In this document: piece by piece, positions 44,750-55,310 of the stretch
How positions within the stretch are numbered: the stretch's first letter is position 1
How the letters are laid out: each line of letters opens with the position of its first letter
The notes under the pieces: model-generated
Seen by the model: only the letters and a program-made list of their open reading frames with translations
Databases searched by the model: none
What the model was told of the DNA's origin: nothing
Assembly (NCBI GenBank): GCA_965243135.1
Contig: OZ251539.1
Coordinates: 1,216,001 to 1,280,000 of the forward strand
Source of the DNA: Alphaproteobacteria bacterium
GTDB taxonomy: Bacteria; Pseudomonadota; Alphaproteobacteria; MPNO01; UBA830
DNA length: 64,000 nucleotides
Reading direction: 5' to 3'
Translations under genes and position numbers: made by a program

Positions 44750-46282
44750 TCAGACGGTCTCGAACCTGAAATCCACGATATTGCGTTCTTCCCGGCCGAA
44801 CTCCACCCCGATCAGGTGAATCTGCATGCCCGGACGCCGGTACTTGTCCGCGTAACCGCGTTCTCGAATCTGCGCCAGCGCCCGGCCTTCCGGCTTCCCG
44901 TCCGCGACCTTGAACTCGAACAGGTAGACGCCGCCGTCGTACAGGACCGTCAGGCGGCCGCGCGCCGTGCTCTCCTCCGCGCGGACGTCCATCCCCGCCG
45001 CCGCGATGTGCGAGTAGAACACGCTCGCATAGTGGTCCTCGTAGCCCGCCATGCCCGTGTTCGCGTACCACTCGTTCGGGATGCTCGCCAGGAACGCCCG
45101 GAATCGCCGCTCAAGGCCCGCGAAGTCGTTCGTCCGCATCAGGCGGCGCAGGCTCTCCGCCGCGACCGTAGCGTCCGGCGCCATCGCCTCCAGCAGGAGT
45201 GCGTTCAGGCTGCGCTTCACCTCATGGTTCGGGTAGTCCAGCCGGTAGAGGGGCGCGTCCTCGTCCGGCTCTTCGCCGACGATGGTCAGGTAGCCGGTCT
45301 GGAACAGCAGCGCCTCGACGGGGATGCGGTCGATGTCGATGGCCGACAGCAGGTCGTCGTCCGCGAACATGCCCTCCAGGGCCGGCGCCGAGACCCGGCA
45401 CCGCGCCAGAAGGTCGACGAGGAAAGTCGGCGTGCCGCTCTGGAACCAGTACGGGCGGAATCTGCGCTTGTCGAACAGCAGCAGGATGTCGTGCGGATTG
45501 TAGACCCTTTCCGGTCCGAGCCAGTTGTAGCCGTTGTACCAGCGGCGGACCTCGTCCCGGTCCAGGCCGTCGAGTTCCGGGGCGAACACCGCGTCCAGTT
45601 CATCGTCGGTGTAGCCGCATATGGCGCCGTAGCGCTCGTCCAGCGTGATGTCGTTCAGGTTGTTCAGGCCCGAGAAAATGCCCGCCTGCGAGAACTTGCT
45701 CACCCCCGTCAGGAAAACGAAGCGGAGATGCTCGTCGCAGTCCTTGATGACCCCGTACAGGTCCCGCAGGAAGCTGCGGTTGGCCAGCGCCAGTTCCCGG
45801 TCGCCGAGCGCGTCCAGGATCGGCTTGTCGTACTCGTCCACCAGCACGACCGCCTGCTGTCCGGTGCGCTCGTACAGCGTCCGTATCAAGCGCTGGAAAC
45901 GGATCGCCGCCCCGGCGGTGCCCGGTTCGAGGCCGGCCTGTATCTCCGTCTCTTCCAGCTGCGCTTCCACGGTTTCCCGAACGCGGTCGGGGACGACGAA
46001 ATTGCGCCCGCCGAAGCTGAGCCGCACGACCGGGTGGCGCGCCGACCAGTCCCACCTGCCGTGCACGGAGAGGCCCCGGAACAGCTCCTCGCTTCCCTCG
46101 AACAGCTTCTGCAGCGTGTCCACCAGCAAGGTCTTGCCGAACCTGCGCGGACGCGACAGGAAGTAGTACTTGCCCCTCTCGACGAGGCGGCGCGCATGGT
46201 CCGTCTTGTCGACGTAGTAGCAGTTCATCCCCCGGATCTCCCGGAGGGAGGAAAAGCCGATCGGAAGCATGCGTTGCGTCAT
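44750..46282 (-). CDS. AAA-ATPase-like + PD-(D/E)XK nuclease, copy 4 (510 aa)
   Basis: Same motifs; an in-frame 6-nt loss removes the putative catalytic Asp (GRLT versus GRSDLA in copy 1). Confidence 0.88.
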   Translation of the reverse strand: MTQRMLPIGFSSLREIRGMNCYYVDKTDHARRLVERGKYYFLSRPRRFGKTLLVDTLQKLFEGSEELFRGLSVHGRWDWSARHPVVRLSFGGRNFVVPDRVRETVEAQLEETEIQAGLEPGTAGAAIRFQRLIRTLYERTGQQAVVLVDEYDKPILDALGDRELALANRSFLRDLYGVIKDCDEHLRFVFLTGVSKFSQAGIFSGLNNLNDITLDERYGAICGYTDDELDAVFAPELDGLDRDEVRRWYNGYNWLGPERVYNPHDILLLFDKRRFRPYWFQSGTPTFLVDLLARCRVSAPALEGMFADDDLLSAIDIDRIPVEALLFQTGYLTIVGEEPDEDAPLYRLDYPNHEVKRSLNALLLEAMAPDATVAAESLRRLMRTNDFAGLERRFRAFLASIPNEWYANTGMAGYEDHYASVFYSHIAAAGMDVRAEESTARGRLTVLYDGGVYLFEFKVADGKPEGRALAQIRERGYADKYRRPGMQIHLIGVEFGREERNIVDFRFETV

Positions 46283-46288
46283 TCGAAG

Positions 46289-46317
46289 AGGGTAGGCCGC
46301 CGCGCCGGAGCCGTCAA
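46289..46317 (-). promoter_or_regulatory. Sigma70-type promoter of copy 4
   Basis: TTGACG-N17-TACCCT-N6-ATG. Confidence 0.75.
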
Positions 46318-47016
46318 GAAGTCGGCGGTGGCAGGCCTGTCCCGCGCTGCGTCGCACGACAAGCAGCTGGCAGTTTCCACGGCGGTACAGGCGGCCGGCG
46401 AAGAGATGACGCTCTTGCCCGAACGCTTCGTGACTGGCACGCCTCCGCCGTCGGCGCAGGCGGCTCTCCGTCCCCAGTCGACGCCGACAGGCCATGCTTT
46501 GCCCCACGCCCGCGCTCGCTGAATCCTGTACCGGGCGGCGCGAACTACCCGCAGGGCGTCCGGCCACTGGGCACGGATTCTCCGCAGGCGTCCGAGGCGC
46601 AGGGGTTGCAAGGTTGGTCGATCCTCTTCGTCCACCGAGGACGAAGTTCCCGAATGTTGCAGTGAAACGGCGCTCTCCAGCTCTCCGCACTCCGGCCGAA
46701 TCAGGGGAGCGTCAGCCCGGAAAAATGGTGCTGAAATGACACGGGGGATGGCTGTCTGGGTCGGGCCTCGGCATCGTCGAACAATGCCGGCATGGCGGCT
46801 AAAACGATTTCCCGGCCCGTAAAGCCGTCGGGGGACGCCGCCCCGGGCCCGAGTTCCCGGCCGCCTCCTCGGCGGGGCGTCCCGTCAAGCCGCCGGCGTG
46901 CAAGGCGACGAACCGGCTCCCGCCCTCGACGAAGCGCTGGCCGACCCGAATCTGCGACAGCCTTTCGCGGAGTTGGCTGCCGAACTGTCCGAACGGGACG
47001 TCGCACTCGCCCGGCT

Positions 47017-48540
47017 TCAGGCGGCCTCGCAATCGAACCCGACGACGTTGCGCTCCTCGCGGCTGAACTCCACCCCGATCAGGTGGACCGAACGCCCGAG
47101 ATGGCGGTACTTGTCCGCATAGCCCTTCTCCCGCAACTGCGCGAGCGCGACCCCCTCCCGCCCGCGCTCCACCACCTTGAACTCGAACAGGTAGACGCGC
47201 CCGCCGGCGCGGATCGCCATGTCGGCGCGCCCCCGGCTGCCGCTGTCCTCGGCCACCGGCTCGAAGCCCTCCATCAGGAAGCAACTGTGGATGACGCTCG
47301 CGTAGTGGGCCTCGTACACCGGGCTGTTCATGTACCACTGGTGCGGGATGGCGGCGAAAATGCCGCGGAACAGGGTTTCGAGACGCTTGAAGTCGTTCGC
47401 CTCCAGCAATTCGCCCAGCCGCAGGTTCTCCGTTTCCTCGCGGGCCTCGGCCGGGAGCAGTTCTTCCAGCAGGGCCTCGCCCAGGCTCTGGCGCACCTCG
47501 AGGTTCGGGTAGTCCAGTCGGTAGCGCCCGTCCTCCTCGCCCGCGATGGTGAGGTAGCCGGTCTGGAACAGAAGCGCCTGGACCGACATCCTGTCCACGT
47601 CGAAGGCCGAGAGCAGGCTCTCGCTGCCGATCATGCCGTCCAGGCGGGGAGTGGGCAGGTTGCGGCGCGCCAGCGTTTCGATCAGGAAGGTCGGCGTGCC
47701 GCTCTCGAACCAGTAGTTGCCGAACCTGCGCTCGGCGAACAGCAGCAGGAGGCCGAACGGATTGTAGAGCTTCTCCGGCCCGCACCAGTTGTAGCCGTTG
47801 TACCAGCGGCGGACCTTCTCCCGGTCCAGGCCCTCCAGTTCCGGGGCGAACACCGCGTCCAGCTCCGCGTCCGTGCAGCCGCAGATGTCCGAGAACTCCG
47901 GCGCCAGCGTGATGTCGCGCAGGTTGTTCAGGCCAGAGAACAGGCCTGCCAACTTGCTCACCCCCGTCAGGAAAACGAAACGGAGATGCCTGTCGCAGTC
48001 CTTGATAACCCCGTACAGGTCGCGCAGGAAGCCGCGGTTGGCCAGCGCCAGTTCCCGGTCGCCGAGCGCGTCCAGGATCGGTTTGTCGTATTCGTCCACC
48101 AGCACGACCGCCTGCTGTCCGGTGCGCTCGTGCAGCGTCCGTATCATGCGCTGGAAACGGATCGCCGCCCCGGCGGTGCCCGGTTCGAGGCCAGCCTGTA
48201 TCTCCGTCTCTTCCAGCTGCGCTTCCACGGTTTCCCGAACGCGGTCGGGGACGACGAAATTGCGCCCGCCGAAGCTGAGCCGCACGACCGGGTGGCGCGC
48301 CGACCAGTCCCACCTGCCGTGCACGGCGAGGCCCCGGAACAGCTCCTCGCTTCCCTCGAACAGCTCCTGCAGCGTGTCCACCAGGAGGGTCTTGCCGAAC
48401 CGGCGCGGACGCGACAAGAAATAGTAATCGCCCCCTTCGACGAGGCGGCGCACATGGTCCGTCTTGTCGACGTAGTAGCAGTTCCTCGTCCGGATTTTCC
48501 AGAGGGAGGTCATGCCGATCGGAAGCATGCGTTTCGCCAT
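47017..48540 (-). CDS. AAA-ATPase-like + PD-(D/E)XK nuclease, copy 5 (507 aa)
   Basis: Intact ORF with the same motifs. Confidence 0.92.
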   Translation of the reverse strand: MAKRMLPIGMTSLWKIRTRNCYYVDKTDHVRRLVEGGDYYFLSRPRRFGKTLLVDTLQELFEGSEELFRGLAVHGRWDWSARHPVVRLSFGGRNFVVPDRVRETVEAQLEETEIQAGLEPGTAGAAIRFQRMIRTLHERTGQQAVVLVDEYDKPILDALGDRELALANRGFLRDLYGVIKDCDRHLRFVFLTGVSKLAGLFSGLNNLRDITLAPEFSDICGCTDAELDAVFAPELEGLDREKVRRWYNGYNWCGPEKLYNPFGLLLLFAERRFGNYWFESGTPTFLIETLARRNLPTPRLDGMIGSESLLSAFDVDRMSVQALLFQTGYLTIAGEEDGRYRLDYPNLEVRQSLGEALLEELLPAEAREETENLRLGELLEANDFKRLETLFRGIFAAIPHQWYMNSPVYEAHYASVIHSCFLMEGFEPVAEDSGSRGRADMAIRAGGRVYLFEFKVVERGREGVALAQLREKGYADKYRHLGRSVHLIGVEFSREERNVVGFDCEAA

Positions 48541-48546
48541 TCCAAG

Positions 48547-48575
48547 AGAGTAGGCCGCCGCGCCGGAGCCGTCAA
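48547..48575 (-). promoter_or_regulatory. Sigma70-type promoter of copy 5
   Basis: TTGACG-N17-TACTCT-N6-ATG. Confidence 0.75.
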
Positions 48576-48592
48576 GGAAAGCGTCATTAACA

Positions 48593-48725
48593 TGCGTTCG
48601 GTTCGTTCGTCGTCGGCGGGAGCGAGCGCCGATAGCGGTGAGGCGAACGGCTCTCGACGGTGAACGGAGAGCTTACGCAAACGGTTTTTCGCTTCTTGGC
48701 CGGGCGGTTGACGAGGAGGGTCGGC
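48593..48725 (-). repeat. Diverged copy of an internal segment (about 49570-49715) of the type III mod gene
   Basis: Aligns by eye with about 11 substitutions and one ~13-nt deletion. Confidence 0.85.
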
Positions 48726-48793
48726 ACCGATGATCGCGCGCGGCGACAACGAAGCAAGTCGGCAAGACAACGCTGACCGTTCGTCGAGTTGGC

Positions 48794-51344
48794 TCACTTC
48801 ACTTCGCGAATTGCCGTCATCTCGGTATGCGTCGTCGTAACTATCCGGACAGCGATGCGTCCTTTCTTCGGGCGGGAGAACGACGCCGAGCGGAGGGACA
48901 GCATGGCATCCCACAGGGACGGATCGATTCTCTTGCCGAGTCGACGCTTCAGCCTCTTTATCTGGCCGTCCCCGTTCTTGCCGGGAAAGTGGATACGACG
49001 GGCGAAAAACGACTTGCCGTCGTACTCGGTATCGATCATCCAGCAATCGACGTTTTCCGGGCCGCCGTTCCGAACCTGGCCTGTCGCCGGGTCGTAGGTG
49101 TCGTAACCGAGCACCTCGACCACGATTTCGTCGTTGGATTGCTCTTCTATCGCGATATCGGGTTCGCCGATCCGGACGAAGGCGTTATCCTCGCTTCCGT
49201 CCTGGAGGTTGCCTACTTGGAAATCCCGATTCGCCTGCACCTTGAGAATGCTCAGGCGGCCCCGGCGTTCGGTTTCGCGCAACCGCGCGTCCGCCTCGAA
49301 TTCGAAGCCGACGATCGCCAGCCGCCTCACGCTGGGAATGCCCGCCGCCTGCTCGGCCGCATGGTCGATGAGTTCCTTCGACACCGTACGGTCGTCCGGA
49401 GCGATCAGTATGGCCGCCTTGTCGGAGCCGACTCGGGCGAGATGCGTGATCAGCGCCGCATCGTCGGAGGGCGGCCAATCGACGATGTCCTCGACAGGGA
49501 TGCGGTCCCGTTCATCCCGGATGCCGGAGATTTCCAGAGCGTTCAAGATCGCCTTCCGGGCATTTGCGTTGTGTTCCGTTCGTTCGTCGTCGGCGGGAGC
49601 GAGCGCCGACATCGGATCGATATATCGGTGAGGCGAATGACTCTCGACGGTGAACGGCGAGCTCACGCGAACGGTGTTTCGCTTTTTGGCCGGACGGTTG
49701 ACGAGGAGGGTCGGCGGCGCATCCCGATCGTAAGCGAGAATGGCGGCGCTGACGTCAGGCACGCGCTCGTACACGAAACCCTTTGCCGGATCTTCGCCGT
49801 AGCTGTCCGAATCCCTGAAAGACCGGCCGGACAGTTCCGATTCCTTCATGGCGCCGTCCCGCGAGTCCTGCAGCATGAAATAGTCGAAGGTCCCGGTCGC
49901 GATGCGTTGCCGCGCGAGGCTGACAGCGACGGCGGAACAATCCGTAGTGATCCAGCGCCGCCCCCATTTTTCGGCGACGAAAGCGGTCGTTCCGGATCCG
50001 CAGGTGGGATCGAGGACGAGATCGCCCGGATCGGTCGCCATGAGAATGGAGCGTTCGATAACGGATTCGGCGGTCTCTACGACGTAATGCAGATCGTTCG
50101 GCGACATTTGCCGCTGCCACAGGTTGTTGATGCGACGGCCGGGAACTTCCTCTTCGTAACGCTTCCAACCGAGCAGACCCCCAGGGTTCGCCGCGTCTAA
50201 TCGTCCGAGTTCCGCAAGCCGGTCGAGGCCTTCGGGACTGACGCGCCACTGCTCGCCCGGCGGACACGGATAGGTCGTACCGTTCCATGCGTAGGGCTCG
50301 GATCTGCCCGTTGTCGACTCTCCAGGCGAAGCGAGACGCATGCGCCGATATATGCGAGCCCCATCGGGAAGATATCTGTCCGGATCGTCGCGCTCGTCCT
50401 TTGTCAATCCTTGTGACTTACCGTTTTTCAATTCTAGCATCGCATCAAAACTCATATGTTCGATTTTCTCTTTTCTCGTTAGCGGTTCATATAGTTGATG
50501 GTATTTTACATTTGGCTTGTTCTTGGCAAACCAAAGCAAGTAATCGGCAACGCTTGGCAAAGTGTTAGAGGACGTACCGCCGCTCTTGGCAAACGGCACC
50601 GTCGCCACGCGGTTTTCCGATCCGAATACTTCGTCGAGCAGAATCGCCAGCCGGTGGACGTTTTCGGATCCGATCTGGAGGAAGAAACTGCCGGTATCGT
50701 GCAGCAATTCCCGCGCATGGACGGCGATGCGGAAAACGTTGTCGAGATAGGAATGGATGCCGTTCTTGTAGGTGTCCCGGAATGCCTGGATGCTTCCTCT
50801 ATCGTTCGGAACGTCTTCGTTCTTCTCGCCTACCTTGCGGCTGCGGGTGTCCGCCTGCATGTTCGACTTGAAACTGATGCCGTAGGGCGGATCGAAATAG
50901 ATCATCTGCACCTTGCCGGCCATGCTCTCCTTTTGGAGCAACGATGCCATCACGTGGCGGGCTTCGCCCCTGACGATGCGGTTCTGCCAGTTGCCGCGAT
51001 GGGCGTACCATTCGAACGCCGCGTTCTCCGGAAGGTTGTTGAAGTCTTCGAAGAGCGTGGCTTCGGGGGCGCGGGTTCCGAGCGAATCGACGAACGCCGA
51101 CGGATGGATCTTCTCCTGGACGTATAGCGGCGTCGCCGGCGTGCTTACTTCGGTTTCATCGCGGTTCCAGGACAATATAGGAACGCGAATTTTCGGGGGG
51201 GGGGGGGGGGGGCGGTTGATAAGCAATCGGCGCCCGGTCGGCCTCCTCCATGTACCGGCTGGTCTGTTCGGTCGGCGGATTGGTCCGGTCGGCGCCGCCA
51301 TGTCGATAGTGCTTCGGCTTGCTGGGTTTGCGGGAAGACGGCAT
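48794..51344 (-). CDS. mod: Type III R-M methyltransferase (Mod), frameshifted at a poly-C tract
   Basis: YFDPPYGI (motif IV), VLDPTCGSGTT (motif I); N-terminus KHYRHGGADRTNPPTE from ATG 51344 is out of frame with the body at C18. Confidence 0.88.
51195..51212 (+). repeat. G18 homopolymer (C18 on the mod coding strand)
   Basis: Directly visible; the only such long homopolymer noticed in the window. Confidence 0.95.
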
Positions 51345-51348
51345 GGCG

Positions 51349-54216
51349 TCACGCTCCTGCTGCTTCGTCGAGTTTCCGCGCGATGTCGGAGCGATCCTCG
51401 ATGAAAAGATATTCCCACCGCCCGGGGCAGGCCTCCGATCCGTTCACGGCAGGCAACCACCAGTTCAGAACCGCATCCCGTTTCCGTTCCGCGTCCTCGT
51501 CCGTCCGGCCCTTGAACTCGATGACGAGATGGCGGGGGCCGTCCGCCGTCCGCGCCACGAAATCCGGTTCGTAATGACGCCATGCCCCGGCGTTGCGGTC
51601 GAGCCACGGGATCCGCCATCCCAAACGAAAGTTTCGCGCCCAGGCCAGGATGCCGGGATGCCTGTCCAGTTCGACCGCGAGCAGTTGTTCCGGCTCGGAG
51701 TGGCATGCGGCCCGGTTGAGCTCCGAATTTCCTGCGACCTCTTCCGGAGCGACCGGGTAACGGAGCTTCAGGCTGGTTTCGAACGAAACCTCCGAGGTAT
51801 CGATCGCCCTCGGAAGATTCCGTTCCAGTTCGTCGGCGAAAACCGGCCTGATTCGCGGTTTCCCGTCATCCGTTTCCACGCAGGCGCGAGCGATTTCCAA
51901 AGGCACGTTCGCGATATGGGGGGGATGGACGAGCAGTTCGTGGTTCGTGCACGCGACCGAAGGATGATCGAGCCAATCCTCCACGGCCCGAAGCATGGAC
52001 GCGAACAGAACGCGGCGGCGGGCGTCCTTGCGGTTCTCGCAAAAATGGCGAACCGCCTGTCCGGCGATCCGGTAGACGATCGCCTGGCGGCGCTTCGGTA
52101 TCGTCCTGTCGATCGCCTCGCCGCCGACCAGTCCGGCGCTTACGGTTTCCGACGGGACGTGAGCCGCCGTCACTTCGTAAGGACCGACGCGGTCCGGATC
52201 GAGGGCGCACCGCAGATCCGGAGGGTCGAGCGCATAGGCCGCGACATTCGGAAACTCGATTCGGCACGGCTTTTTCCCCGGCACGGTTTCGACCTTCCAG
52301 GTCTGGGCGGGCGGCGCGGGCGGAGGATCTTCCGAACCGAGCATGAAATTGAACGGCACGCCGAAGATGCGGGCGTATTCGGGTTCGAGAAGCTCGTCGC
52401 CGGCGCCCGGAAATCCCGTTCGCCTGAGAGCGCGTCCGGCGACCTGCTCGCAGAGAAGCTGGCTCGTGAAGGCCCGGAACCCGAAGATGTGCGTGACGGT
52501 GCGGACGTCCCAACCCTCGGTCAGCATCGAGACCGAAACGACGCATTTGATGCGTTCGCCGGGACCGCCGGGCCTGCCCACGGTGTTGAACATTCGCCGG
52601 ATGTGGTGGTTCAGCTCCTGTTTCGAGGCGTTTTCGTCCGGCGAGTGAAAATCCTTCTGAATGCCCGCGACGCGATCGGCGCCCCCGCCGTCCTCCGGTT
52701 CTCCCAGACCGGAATGCGCCAGCATCGTCGGCGGATGCGCGACCGGGCCGCTCCCGTCCGGCTTCACGTTGCTGAAGGCGTCGTAGGCGCCCGGATGCCA
52801 GCGGCCCTGGCCGTCCCGGTATCCGGCGATATGCTTGAAGAGGGCGTTGGCGTTGCTGATGGTGTTGGCGACGACGATCATGACCGGCGTCGTCGTTCCC
52901 GGGACGGCCGCGTACGACGCCGCGAGCCGCTCGTAGTCGGCATGCATCGATTCGAGCAGGTTGACGACCTGCGGGTGCATGTCGTCGGACTTCAACGCGT
53001 TCGGCTTCGTGTGCTCGAACGTGTTGCGGTAAACGGGTTCCTCCTTGTCGGTGTCGTCGGAAACCGGAACCCGCGGAATCTTGGTAAGGCCCGCTTCCAC
53101 GGCGTCGATGAGCGGGTAGTCGGTGACCGTCCAGGGAAACAGTTCGTAATCGAGATCGACGGGCCTGCGGATGTACATCGGCGTCGCCGAAAGATCGAAG
53201 ACGCGGCCGAGACGCCCGGTATCCCTCAGCGTTCTCAACCCGTTGAACCAGAGCGCGGCGGCGCGTTCGAAATCCCGCGTGTCTTTGTCGACCTTCTTCC
53301 GCGGCTCGTCCGGGGCGTAGCAGTGATGCGCTTCGTCGTTGAGAACGACGATTTCCTTCGCGCCCCGGTGCGCGCGAAGCAGCCGATCGAGCATCGTCTC
53401 GGGGGTCTCGGTCCAGTGCTCGGGCTCCGCTTCTTGGTGGCCCTTCATCCATCGTTTCGCCGTTCCGCTCGGCAGGTCGTCGGAACCGTCGACGGCCAGG
53501 GCGCTGCGCCGCTGAAACGCCTGGAAATTCAGGACCGTCACATGCATGCGGCTGATCGGGGGCGTTCGGTGCGGGGGCATCAGGGACTTGTAGAGCGCGG
53601 CGCCGCGCGCGGGATCGAGTTCGGAGAGGCGATCTTTCACCGTCAGGTTGGGCACGACGACCAGAAAGTCCGCGCGGCCCTGTCGCCGCAACGTCAGCCA
53701 CAGGATGATCATCGCCATGACGCGGGTCTTGCCGGTGCCGGTCGCCATCTTGACCGCGAGGCGCTCGATGCCTTCGTTGCGTTTCCGATTGACGGCGGTC
53801 AGTTCGTCCCGAATCCTGCGAAAGCCGAGCGTTGCGGGGGCCGCCTCCAGCAGCCAGATCAACGTTTCCACGGCTTCGCGCTGGCAGAAGAACGGACGCG
53901 GCTCGTGGTTCGGGTCGGCCCAGTGTTCGAGCAGCTCCCGGGTGAGCCGCGCAACGCCCGGGTAACCGGCCGCGCGCCAACTTCCTACTTCGTCGCGGAT
54001 CAGGTTGATGCGCGGGTGGGCCCCCACGCCTTCCGCCGACGCGCTGCGAACCGCGCCTGATTTCGGCTTCGGCACGCTCATGTACGCTCCGCTGGGACGG
54101 CGGCCGTCCCGCAGGTCGTTGGTCGCGCGGAATCGTTCGTCCAGACCCCAATGCCGCGCGGGCGACTCGTAGGGCGTGTTCAGGATCGGGTGCCGTTCCG
54201 GGTCGACCGGCTGCAT
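51349..54216 (-). CDS. res: Type III restriction endonuclease subunit (Res)
   Basis: KMATGTGKT, NDEAHHCY, MLTEGWD, EQVAGRALRR, YEPDFV...IEFKG. Confidence 0.93.
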   Translation of the reverse strand: MQPVDPERHPILNTPYESPARHWGLDERFRATNDLRDGRRPSGAYMSVPKPKSGAVRSASAEGVGAHPRINLIRDEVGSWRAAGYPGVARLTRELLEHWADPNHEPRPFFCQREAVETLIWLLEAAPATLGFRRIRDELTAVNRKRNEGIERLAVKMATGTGKTRVMAMIILWLTLRRQGRADFLVVVPNLTVKDRLSELDPARGAALYKSLMPPHRTPPISRMHVTVLNFQAFQRRSALAVDGSDDLPSGTAKRWMKGHQEAEPEHWTETPETMLDRLLRAHRGAKEIVVLNDEAHHCYAPDEPRKKVDKDTRDFERAAALWFNGLRTLRDTGRLGRVFDLSATPMYIRRPVDLDYELFPWTVTDYPLIDAVEAGLTKIPRVPVSDDTDKEEPVYRNTFEHTKPNALKSDDMHPQVVNLLESMHADYERLAASYAAVPGTTTPVMIVVANTISNANALFKHIAGYRDGQGRWHPGAYDAFSNVKPDGSGPVAHPPTMLAHSGLGEPEDGGGADRVAGIQKDFHSPDENASKQELNHHIRRMFNTVGRPGGPGERIKCVVSVSMLTEGWDVRTVTHIFGFRAFTSQLLCEQVAGRALRRTGFPGAGDELLEPEYARIFGVPFNFMLGSEDPPPAPPAQTWKVETVPGKKPCRIEFPNVAAYALDPPDLRCALDPDRVGPYEVTAAHVPSETVSAGLVGGEAIDRTIPKRRQAIVYRIAGQAVRHFCENRKDARRRVLFASMLRAVEDWLDHPSVACTNHELLVHPPHIANVPLEIARACVETDDGKPRIRPVFADELERNLPRAIDTSEVSFETSLKLRYPVAPEEVAGNSELNRAACHSEPEQLLAVELDRHPGILAWARNFRLGWRIPWLDRNAGAWRHYEPDFVARTADGPRHLVIEFKGRTDEDAERKRDAVLNWWLPAVNGSEACPGRWEYLFIEDRSDIARKLDEAAGA

Positions 54217-54473
54217 GGATTGAATTCCAGTGGGTTGGCGGAACCGCCGTTCGGCGGGACAATACCTTTTCGGACTCGAAGCGCAACAGGCCGGGCGCGG
54301 CGGTCGAACGCCGGCTCGCGCCGTCGCGGCGCTGCGAGGGGCGCCTGTCGGCGGAACGGCAGGTCAGGCGCGCCGCGAGGCCCGGCGGCTCCGCGCCGCC
54401 GCATTTGCGTTTGCAAACTATGCGTAAATCGGGCATTTTGCGCGCTGTAAACAGCGACCAAGGAGGCATTCAG

Positions 54474-55214
54474 GTGGAGTACAGGAATCCCAGCGAGGTA
54501 TCGGGCGACTACAGGAACATGCTCATTCGCCTCATGACGCGGCAGATTTACGCCGAGACGGCGACCGCGGAGGTGTTCGGGCGAGCGATTTCCGTGGCGC
54601 CCAACTGGCGCGAGAAGGAACTGGCGGCGGAATTCGCCGCCGAGGAGGCGCGCCACAGCCGCGGGCTTTACGATCTGTTGACCGATCTGGACGAGGATCC
54701 GGAAACGATCATCACGGGCCGTCCCGACGCGGCGCGCTTCTGGGGCGTAGATCTCGACAACTGGCTGGACATCGCGGTGTTCAATTTCACGGTCGACCGC
54801 GCGGGCAGCCATCAGATCATGGAGTACCGGCAGTCGAGCTACGTTCCGTGGGCCGAAAGCCAGGAAGAGGTGCTCGCCGACGAGGAGGACCACTACGACA
54901 ACGGCGTCGAGAATCTCAAGGAGTTCGCGAAGGATCCCGAGCGGCTCGCCGAGTTCCAGACCGTCTTCGACCGGGTGATGCCCAACTGCGTGAAGCGCGC
55001 CTTCGGGCGTCTCGAGGGGCCGGACAACGATTTCTGCCTCGAGCACGGCCTCAAGCGCAACAAGACGGCGGCCATCGTCGACCGCTATCTCGAAGAGATG
55101 CGGGGGCACATGGAAGGCACCGGCCTGAAGTTTCCCGTTCTTCCGGCTTTCGACGCGATCAAATGCGAACTCGCGGACAGCAGCAGGGGAATCCTGGCGT
55201 CGCTGCAACGCTGA
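54474..55214 (+). CDS. PaaA/PaaC-family ferritin-like diiron protein
   Basis: YAE, EEARH, DRAG..Q, SSYVPW, DEEDH; AGGAGG RBS before GTG. Confidence 0.8.
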   Translation: MEYRNPSEVSGDYRNMLIRLMTRQIYAETATAEVFGRAISVAPNWREKELAAEFAAEEARHSRGLYDLLTDLDEDPETIITGRPDAARFWGVDLDNWLDIAVFNFTVDRAGSHQIMEYRQSSYVPWAESQEEVLADEEDHYDNGVENLKEFAKDPERLAEFQTVFDRVMPNCVKRAFGRLEGPDNDFCLEHGLKRNKTAAIVDRYLEEMRGHMEGTGLKFPVLPAFDAIKCELADSSRGILASLQR

Positions 55215-55310
55215 CGCGTTCCGCAAGAAGCCGCAGCCGTTTCCTACCCAAGGCGCCGCGCCGCCCTTTCGTCCGGCGGCGCGGCGCCGCCTCATTCCGG
55301 AAATCCAGAC

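Noticed and set aside
48593-49715. mod repeat pair as DGR template/variable repeat
   Set aside because: Mismatches involve all four bases and an indel rather than adenine-specific changes, and no reverse transcriptase is present in the window
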